The translations under genes were made by a program, and so were the position numbers. From Candidatus Saccharimonadota bacterium (lineage in GTDB: Bacteria > Patescibacteriota > Gracilibacteria > BD1-5 > UBA6164), in NCBI GenBank assembly GCA_963677765.1, contig OY782392.1:510001-542000 (forward strand): DNA of 32,000 nt. The letters are read 5' to 3'. The notes under the pieces are model-generated. The model made no database searches, had not been told where the DNA came from, and saw nothing but the letters and a program-made list of their open reading frames with translations. This document shows, piece after piece, positions 21,125 through 29,835 of this stretch (positions within the stretch are counted from its first letter, which is position 1; the number at the start of each line of letters is the position of its first letter).

Positions 21125-23272
21125 TTAATCTTCATCAGGTAATTTGAAACCTCTTTCTTCTCTAATTTTAGTAGCAACGTTAGTTGGAACTTCTTCATAA
21201 TGATCAAATTCCATAGCATATGTAGCTCTACCTTGAGAAGCAGATCTTAAATCAGTCATGTAACCAAACATTTCTGATAATGGAACAAAAGCAGTAATAA
21301 TTTTTGCCATACCTCTGTTACCCATTTCTTCAATTCTACCTCTTTTTGAGTTTAATTGACCGATAACATCACCCATATATTCTTCAGGAGTATTAACTTC
21401 AACTTTCATTATTGGTTCTAATAAAGTAGCTTGTGCTTTTCTACATGCTTCTTGGAAAGCTTTAGAAGCAGCTAATTTAAATGATAATTCAGATGAGTCA
21501 ACATCATGGTAAGAACCAAATGTAAGAGTAGCTTTTATATCAACCATTGGATAACCAGCTATAAAACCTCTTGCATAAGCTTCATTTAACCCTTTTTGAA
21601 CACCAGGAATATATTCTTTAGGTATTGTTCAACCAACTATTTTATTAACAAATTTATTTGATGGTTTTTCTTTTAATTCAGCTTTAGTGTCATCTTCATC
21701 CATTTCTTTGTATGGTTCAAAAGTGATAACAACGTGACCGTATTGACCTCTACCTCAAGTTTGTTTAGAGTATTTATGTTCAACATCAGTAGCTATTCCT
21801 TTTATAGTTTCTCTATATGAAACTTGAGGTGCACCTACATTACATTCAACTTTAAATTCTCTTTTCATTCTATCAACAATGATATCTAAGTGTAATTCAC
21901 CCATACCAGAGATAATAGTTTGAGCAGTTTCTTCATCAGTTCTAACTCTGAATGAAGGATCTTCTTCAGCTAATTTTGATAATGCCATACCCATTTTTTC
22001 TTGATCAGCTTTTGATTTTGGTTCTACTGATATAGAAATAACTGGTTCAGGGAATTCAATTGATTCTACTAAGAATTTATCATTTACATCACAAAGAGTA
22101 TCTCAAGTTTTTGTAGCTTTTAAACCTACTATAGCTCAGATATTACCAGCAGTTATTTCTGGAATTTCTACTCTATCATTTGCATGCATTTGTAATAATC
22201 TACCAACTCTTTCTTTTTCTCAAGTAGTAGCATTATAAACATAAGAACCTGATTTTAATGTACCAGCATAAACTCTTGTAAAACATAGTTTACCAACAAA
22301 TGGATCAGTAGCAATTTTAAACGCTATTGCAGCTAATGACGAATTATTTGCAACATCAATTTGTTTAAAGTTTTCACCTGATTCAATATCTTTACAATCA
22401 ATTTTTGCATCATTTACATCAACTGGAGAAGGTAAGAATTCAACAGCAGCATCAATAACCATTTGTACACCTATATTTTGTAATGCAGAACCACAAACAA
22501 CAGGATATAGTTTATTGTTTATAACAGCTTTTCTTAACCCTGCTTTTAATTCTTCAACAGTTAATTCACCTTCTTCAAAATATTTTTCCATTAATTCATC
22601 ATCTTGAGAAGCAATTTTTTCAACCATTTCTTCTCTTAATTCAGAACATCTTCCAGCTATATCAGCAGGAATTTCAATTTCAGTAATATTTTCACCTGAA
22701 TCACCTTCAAAATGGTAAGCTTTCATTCAAATTAAATCAACTATACCTTCAAATGTTTCAGCAGCTCCAATAGGATATTGAATAGGACAAACTTTATCTC
22801 AAGCTAATCTTTTTTTGATAGTATCAACTGACATTTCAAAGTCACCACCCATTTTATCCATTTTATTAACGAATGCTATTCTAGGAACTTTGTATTTATC
22901 AGCTTGTTTCCAAACAGTTTCTGATTGAGGTTCTACTCATTGAGAACCGTCAAATACAGCTACTCAACCGTCTAATACTCTAAGAGATCTTTCAACTTCT
23001 ATAGTAAAGTCTACGTGACCAGGAGTATCAATGATATTTATTTGATGATCTTTCCAGAATGCAGTAGTTGCAGCAGAAGTAATTGTAATACCTCTTTCTT
23101 TTTCTTGTTCCATCCAGTCCATTGTACCTTCACCATCGTGAGTTTCACCGATTTTGTGAATTCTACCTGTATAGTATAAAATTCTTTCTGTACAAGTAGT
23201 TTTACCTGCATCGATATGGGCAATAATACCTATATTTCTAATTTTATCTAAAGGAGCTTGTTTATTACTCAT
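21125..23272 (-). CDS. fusA: translation elongation factor G
   Basis: The four ORF-track fragments (21125..21547, 21755..21994, 22220..22726, 22964..23272) are all in one frame and join through TGA codons, giving 715 aa. Motifs [51 protein letters not shown] and [12 protein letters not shown]. Confidence 0.97.
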
Positions 23273-23455
23273 TATATAAAAATATTAAAATTTAAAAATA
23301 ATCCTAAAAACGCAAATATAATCCATCTAAATTTATCTATATATAATATATATAATTTTCTTAGATAGACGTTTTTTGGTTCGCGCGAGATTTTACTTAA
23401 TACTTTTATAAAGTCAAATTTTATTTATTTAGCCATTAAATTTGTCAATATACAG

Positions 23456-23483
23456 AAAAAAGAAGTTATTAAACTTCTTTTAT
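23456..23483 (-). terminator. small hairpin overlapping the stop of the 221-aa ORF
   Basis: Arms aaagaagtt (23459..23467) / aacttcttt (23472..23480), with a T-run on the minus strand. Confidence 0.4.
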
Positions 23484-24134
23484 ATCTAATTTTTTTATAT
23501 TATTTATTACTTCAGAAATTATAAAATCTGATATATTTAATGCTTCATTTTTTGATATAGATATATTTATATCTTTTAAAAAGAATATAAATATTAAAGC
23601 TATATATTGATTTATTACTTCTTTATCATTTTTTAATAATTCTATTATTTTTTTTGTTTGAATATTTGAGTATTCTATTGTTAATGAATCAATAATATCT
23701 TCTATCCATTGATTTATTCTTATTTTTACTTCTTCTGATAGATTATTATCACTAAATTTTATATTTTCTTCTGATTTATAATTAAAATTTACTTTTTCTT
23801 TATTTGATAATTCTCTTATTTTATTTGAAACATCAATATTTATTATAGACATTATTCATACAACAAAATTAGATGTATATCAATAATCCATAGTTTTAAA
23901 TAATCTTTCTAATATAGTATCATATTTTTTATCAACTATTATAGCAACCAATAAATTAGCCAACAAAAAATCATATTTTTTGGCTTTTTTTTCATCCTTT
24001 TGAGTTCTTTTTATTCATGCGCTAGATTTTTTAGAGCTTTCTTTGTATTTTTCAGATATTTCTTTTGATACCTCAGAACTATTTCAAGATGATTCACTAG
24101 ATTCTATATTTGGAATAAATTCATCTAAAGACAT
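23469..24134 (-). CDS. hypothetical protein (221 aa)
   Basis: ATG 24134..24132. Reads through 4 TGA into the ORF-track ORF 23469..23852, in the same frame. Ser/Lys-rich N-terminus. No recognisable motif. Confidence 0.55.
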
Positions 24135-24184
24135 ATTTATTTTTAAATTATTAATTATTTTTATTATAACATATTAAAATGAAA

Positions 24185-25000
24185 TTAAAAAATTATTTTA
24201 ATACATCTATCTATTCATGAGTTATCTTTATAATAATAATTTTTTAAATTTTTATTTTCAAGATATAATTTAGAGTATTCTTTTTGATCAAATCAAATTT
24301 CTATAAATAGAGTTATATTTCATATTTTTTTACATTGTTCTATTAATTTTTCATACAGTTCAAATCATGTTTTTTCTCATCAATATAATGCTAAATCTGG
24401 TTCATAATTTATTGTTTCTATACTCATATTATCAAAATCATTGTTTTTTATATATGGTAGATTTGCTGTAATTACTTTATAATTAGAAGATTCCTTATAT
24501 TTTTCTAATAAGTTAGACTCTATTTGTGTTATGTTTTTTATAGCATGTTTTTTAATATTTATTTTACTTACTTCTAATGCTTCTTTTGATATATCAATAA
24601 CACTAGATTTAATTATTTTATCTTTATTTATATTTTTTATAACACTAATAGCTATACAAGAACTTCATGTTCATATATCTATATATTCTATTTTATCTTT
24701 TTTGTTTATTTCTTTTATTGTTTCATTAACCATTATCTCAGTATCATTTCTAGGAATTAGAACTCTAGAGTCTACATAAAAATCTAAAGAAAAAAATTCA
24801 GCTTTATTTACTATATATTCATAAGGTACTTTCTTTTCTAGTAATTTCTTTATCTCATTTATTTTTTCTTCTTTTATATCTAAATCATCACAAAAAAACA
24901 ACTGGTTATTATTTAAACCAGTATATTTTTTTATTATTTCATTTACCTGATAATTATTTAAATATCATGATAGAATTTTATTTATTTCTATTTTTTTCAT
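24185..25000 (-). CDS. prmC: peptide chain release factor N5-glutamine methyltransferase (HemK/PrmC)
   Basis: ATG 25000..24998, TAA 24187..24185, 271 aa. Motifs VDSRVLIPRNDTE, the SAM-binding DIGTGSSCIAIS, and the catalytic NPPY-type motif as ANLPYI. Confidence 0.85.
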
Positions 25001-25001
25001 T

Positions 25002-25763
25002 TTAATTTTCAAATTTTTTTCTAGAAAATATTAATACTGTAAAATATATAATTATAGCAAGATATAAAATAGAGTAAAAAATATTTAATATAAAATATGT
25101 GTTAGTTAGATTTGAAAAACTTCAAACTAGATCTTTTGTATTAAGTGCTTCAAGAGGAGGAAATAATAATTGAATAGATTTTCAAATATTTATAATTAGT
25201 TCATTTTTAGTTTTTACTAGCATGTCTAATATTAAACTATAGCTATGTGAAGCTAAATATAACATTAAACTACTTGCTATAACAAGTATGTTAGACATAA
25301 AAGTCGACATAAAGAATACTATGGCAAGAAGTATTTCTAGTTTTATGAAGGTATTAATTATTGACCAAATAATAATATTTGTTATCTCTATATCTTTAAT
25401 CAATAGTACAGCTAAAAATACTATAGATTGAAACAAAGTTATTAAAAATATAGTAGCTGAAAAACCAAGTATTTTTCCAAGTATAAAATCACTTCTCTTA
25501 ATAGGTTTACTTAGTATTAAAAATATAGTTTTTCATTCTACTTCTTTAAAAAGTAGTTGACTTCATACAAATAAAACTCAGATTAGTCAAAAAACTTCTA
25601 TCATTGCTAATCAAAAATCTGTTATTATTTTTGAATCCTCTCATAAGCTCAATTGAGCTAATATCATTGAAAATGCTATAAAAATTAATCAGAAAAAGAC
25701 TATCATATATAAAAATCTATTTCTAACTATTTCTTTAAATGTATTAATTGCTATATTAAGCAT
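25002..25763 (-). CDS. ABC-2 family transporter permease (no cognate ATPase in the window)
   Basis: ATG 25763..25761, TAA 25004..25002, 253 aa with six predicted TM segments. Contains the ABC-2-type loop EVEGKTIFLILSKPIKRSDFILGK. Confidence 0.65.
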
Positions 25764-26700
25764 TGTTTAAAAAATTATATTCTAAAAATTCTTTATTTCA
25801 GTTTATAAAAGTATTTATATCCATTTCTTTTTTTCATTCAAGCTTAACTTTTTTTAAAATAATTGTTCAGTTTATAGTACTTACAAATATTTGTTTTTCT
25901 TTTTTTATTATTTTTCAAGCTTCTGTATTTATTTTTTCGTCTAAGTAGTCAATATCTTCAAAACTTATTTTTTTGTTTTTATAGTAACTAAAAACTCATG
26001 GCCAAGACTTATATGCTTTGAATTTACAAAATATTTGTTTTGCTGTTTCTTCTTGCCAGTTTATTTCTCAATCTTTTTTTTCAATTTTTGAACAATATGT
26101 TGCTTCGTTTTCATCTTGTTTTATAGCTTTTATTTCTTTTTTTATTATTCATTTTAATGTTTCAACTAAAACATTAGGAGCTATTTTTTCAAATTTTTTG
26201 AATATATCTTCTGTTTTATCATATTTTTCTATTTTTACTTTTTCTATTTTTAAAATATCTCATTCGTCCATTCATTCTGACATATACATTATAGTCACAC
26301 CAGTTTCTTCATCTCATGATTTTATAGATTCTTGTATAGGGCTAGCTCATCTATATTTTGGTAATATAGATCAGTGTATATTTATACATCAATATTTTGC
26401 AGAATTTAAAACTTCTTTTGGAACTATTTTTCAATAAGCAACAACAACTATAAAATCAAGATCTAAATCTTTTAGATTATCAAAAAATTCATTATTTTCT
26501 TTTAGTTTTATTGGTTGTAAAACATTTATAGAGCTTTTTATTGCAAGTTCTTTTACTGGAGTAGCTATAATTTCTTTTTTTCTTCAAACTGGTTTATCTG
26601 GTTGAGATACTACTAGTTTTATATCTAAATCTTCTTTTTTTATTAAATCTTCTAATATGTTTTTAGAAAACTCTCATGTTCAAAAAAATGCTATTTTCAT
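25756..26700 (-). CDS. fmt: methionyl-tRNA formyltransferase
   Basis: ATG 26700..26698, TAA 25758..25756, 314 aa. Motifs MKIAFFGTGEFS, VVVAYGKIVP, NIHGSILPKYRGASPIQ and EGMDEGDIL. Confidence 0.92.
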
Positions 26701-26702
26701 TT

Positions 26703-27392
26703 TTATTTGTTTATATTAATAAATGATTCTGCTCAATTCTTTTCAAAATAAATAAATGCTTCACTTATATCTGATCATGAGCTTGTTAAATATTTTTTAC
26801 CTCAAATATTTTTTATTTCTATTTTATTTATATCTGATCATCAGATAGTTTCTGTTATTTTAGTTATGATGATTTCAGATTCTTCCTTGTCTATTTTTTT
26901 TAATTCTAAATTATTTAATGTTTTGTTTATAGCTCAAGATAAGCTTCATGATATTTTATAGTCATATCATACTTCATTGTCAAAGTTATAACTATTTGTT
27001 CATACTGTTGTTGCAACATTTATTTTGTGATCTTTATATATATTAATTTTCCATTCATTTCATGGGTTTCAATATATTTCTAATTTAGCTATATTATTAT
27101 TTATTTGAGATATTTCTTGTGTTATATCTTCTCAAGCAATATTTTCGTGAACTATATAACTGCTATTACTTATATTTTTGTCAAATTTTACTTCATAATC
27201 AAATATTTCTTTGTTTTTTATTTTTCTATCAAGTTCTTCTATTTTATTTATTATTTGAGAAGTCTTTAATTTTATAGTATTTTCTTCTAAAAAATTTAAA
27301 AATCAGTTCAATGTTACAACTGAAATTATAGATACAATACTTATTGATACTAGTATTTCAATTAATGTAAATGCTATTTTTTTATTTTTCAT
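26703..27392 (-). CDS. type IV pilin-like protein with prepilin N-terminal cleavage/methylation motif
   Basis: Start chosen at ATG 27392..27390. TAA 26705..26703, 229 aa. N-terminus MKNKKIA-FTLIEILVSISIVSIISVVTLNG is a class III signal: short basic leader, FTLIE with Glu at +5, and a hydrophobic helix. Confidence 0.7.
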
Positions 27393-28441
27393 TTTTTTAA
27401 AATTAAGGTCTCCATTATTTTGTTGATAAATATAACAACAAAAACTATTATAATAAAAACTATTATTTTTCATGTTTTTTCTAAAAACAATGCAGTTAAT
27501 CAAAACATAAAAGATAAACTATATACTGAAAAAAGTACTTGTTTTTTTGTTAATCATATATCTAATAGTCTATGATGCAAGTGAGTAAAATCTCATGATA
27601 AAGGATTTTTTTTGTTTATTAATCTTCTTATTATAACATAAACTGCATCTACACTATATATACCAAAAACAACTAATACTGTTGCTATTTTTCATCATGC
27701 TATTATTGCTAATGTTGCAAGCATAAATCATAAAAACATTGTTCAACTATCTCACATTAATATTTTTTGTTTAAAATCAAACCACCAAAAAGGTAATATT
27801 ATCGCTAGTAGTATTAATGTTAGTTTCATTATAAATATAGCATTTTCAATTCATCAAGCATAGTTATCTTCATAGAATAATATTGTTCATAATAGAAATA
27901 ATATTAAAAATGATATAAATGATAATCCTGAAGTATTTCATTGTATTCAATCTGACCAGTTTAAAGCATTAAATATAAATACATACCAAACAATAGTAAA
28001 AAATAATGGTATTAAGTATATTGTATAGTTAAAAACTTCTATAAAATATGTTTCTAAATCTATTATTCATCAAAAAATATTGCTTACATATCATATTTTT
28101 ATTGATGTTATTCAAATTACTGCTCATATTATTATTTGAAAGATTAGTCTTATTTTTGCACTTACATTAAGCATATCATCTATAAAACTAATAGCAGTTA
28201 TAAAAAATCAAAATGTCCAAATAAGTCATAATTTGTAATTATAGTCTACAAAAAAGTAACTTATAAGAAAAAAACAAACAAAAAAGATAACTCACATACT
28301 GTAAGGTATAGGAGCTCTTTTTAATTTGTATTTTTTTGGATTATCTAATATGTTATATTTATAAAATAGTTTTTTAAATCCTATTATTGTGAATAATGAT
28401 AATAAAAATCAGCTTATAAATATAATAAAATATTCTATCAT
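27374..28441 (-). CDS. glycosyltransferase family 4 polyprenyl-phosphate sugar-1-phosphate transferase (WecA/TagO-like)
   Basis: ATG 28441..28439, TAG 27376..27374, 355 aa, multi-TM. Motifs ISFIDDM, NALNWSDGIQG, MGDSGTMFLG and DFTHLHHRLL; the last favours WecA over MraY. Confidence 0.8.
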
Positions 28442-29154
28442 TTTGTTGTGTATTTTTTAAGTAATTTTGTATAAAAAACTAATACAGTACTAGTTAGTAT
28501 AAAGTATCATAAAGCTACTCAATCTATATTTCAATTTACATAGCTTAAATATAATCAAATACCTGATCATAATACTATTCATATAACTCAAAATAAGTTT
28601 AACCAATATCTAAGTATGTCATTTGTACTAACTAATCAAGTTGTTACTAAAGAAAATCATAGTCACATGATTATAGCAAAATATTCAGCGCTAAAATTTA
28701 TTGTTGTAAATCATAGGTTTATATCTTTATTAGAAAATGTTATAAAAAATATCAATAAAGCTATATTTAATACTCATAGACTTGCTGCATTTATAATTTT
28801 TATATCTTTGTTGAAATTATAAAAAGTAAAAGCCTTAAAAGCTGATAATATATATGCTAATTGCCATATGATATATTGAGATTGATTTAGTGCTAGTAAT
28901 CAATATATAGAAATTGTTGTAAATATAGCAGTTGCTGTAACATGATATATAGCTCATACTTTGTTGTTTTTTGAACTATAATTAGCTTGCATAACCATTA
29001 TAAATAGATTTCATAAAAAATTAGCAAAGAATAATATTATTATTTCTAATAAATTACCTTTTCATGTAACATAAACTATTATTAAAGCAATAGCTAATAG
29101 TAAATATATCCACCAGTTTTCTTTTGAAAACTTTTTCAGTTCTTGTATTAACAT
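28435..29154 (-). CDS. multi-pass membrane protein, function unknown
   Basis: ATG 29154..29152, TAG 28437..28435, 239 aa. ENWWIYLLLAIALI at the N-terminus and 6-7 hydrophobic segments. Its stop overlaps the WecA-like start (ATGATAG). Confidence 0.5.
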
Positions 29155-29214
29155 TTTTCTAAAATTAAAGAATATACTTTTACAATATAATTTTACTTTG
29201 CTTTTTAGCAAGAA

Positions 29215-29241
29215 AAAAGAAGCAAAATCTTTGCTTCTTTT
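29215..29241. terminator. hairpin terminator upstream of the membrane-protein operon
   Basis: Arms aaaagaagcaa (29215..29225) / ttgcttctttt (29231..29241), with A-run and T-run flanks. Confidence 0.5.
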
Positions 29242-29263
29242 AAAATTGTTCGTTTAGTTTTAG

Positions 29264-29331
29264 TTTTGATTTTCTTTTATTGTTTCTAGTTGATGTATGT
29301 AAATGCTTCATGTAGAATTATTTTGGAAGTC
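29264..29331. repeat. 68-bp intergenic copy of an internal segment of the large surface-protein gene
   Basis: ttttgattttcttttattgtttctagttgatgtatgtaAatgcttcatgtagaattattttggaagtc matches 30287..30354 at 67 of 68 positions. The single difference is a at 29302 versus g at 30325. Confidence 0.9.
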
Positions 29332-29363
29332 GTTACTAGTAGATTATTGTTTTAAATAGAAAT

Positions 29364-29393
29364 AATATCTAATCCTGACAAGGATTAGATATT
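29364..29393 (-). terminator. 13-bp-stem hairpin containing the stop of the 151-aa ORF
   Basis: Arms aatatctaatcct (29364..29376) / aggattagatatt (29381..29393), loop gaca. Confidence 0.5.
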
Positions 29394-29824
29394 GTTTTAT
29401 TAAACAAATAAAAATTAATATCATCTCTACTAGGTAAAAAATATTCATAAGGAATATCATACTTAGGATATGCAAAATAATTTTTTTTATAAAGATATAT
29501 ATTAAATAATGATTCTAATTTAAATCAAAAAATATAAGGAACTCTATCTTCTGATTTGTAATTTCTTAAATAATAACAATTTTTTATAGGTTTTATATTT
29601 TGATTATATATTTTATTAAAATCTTTTAAATATAGAAATTGCTCATCATTTCTTTTTAAGTCTTTTAATACTATTTTAACTTTTTCTAATTGTTTAAAAT
29701 TATAGTTATCTATATATAGTCAATATGATTCTCTGACAATAAACATTACTAACAAAATTAAAAATCATATCTTAAATACTTTTATATCTATTTGTTTAAT
29801 TATTTTTTTTATATTTTCTTTCAT
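29369..29824 (-). CDS. hypothetical N-terminally membrane-anchored protein (151 aa)
   Basis: ATG 29824..29822, TAG 29371..29369. TM helix VFKIGFLILLVMFIV followed by a Tyr/Asn/Lys-rich domain. Starts 11 nt after the stop of the large gene. Confidence 0.5.
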
Positions 29825-29835
29825 ATTTTAATTAA

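Noticed and set aside
21125-23272. fusA appears as four or more disrupted fragments, suggesting a pseudogene.
   Set aside because: All fragments share one frame. Every interruption is a TGA sitting at a conserved Gly of EF-G, and the same pattern occurs in every other conserved gene, so this is recoding and not decay.
27393-27503. A 37-codon N-terminal extension of the pilin-like ORF, from the ORF-track start at 27503.
   Set aside because: The extension lies entirely within the WecA-like coding region in another frame and is Cys/Tyr/Asn-rich. The internal Met gives a canonical short basic prepilin leader.
28435-29154. A tentative PnuC (nicotinamide riboside transporter) assignment for the 239-aa membrane protein.
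   Set aside because: There is only a vague Trp-rich N-terminus and a similar size. The characteristic PnuC motifs I remember (YGWYxW, ENWxxW) are not present.
29255-29270. The short tandem-looking run gtttagttttagttttgatttt, considered as a microsatellite.
   Set aside because: It has only about three imperfect 6-nt units and forms the edge of the 68-bp repeat, so it is not an independent feature.
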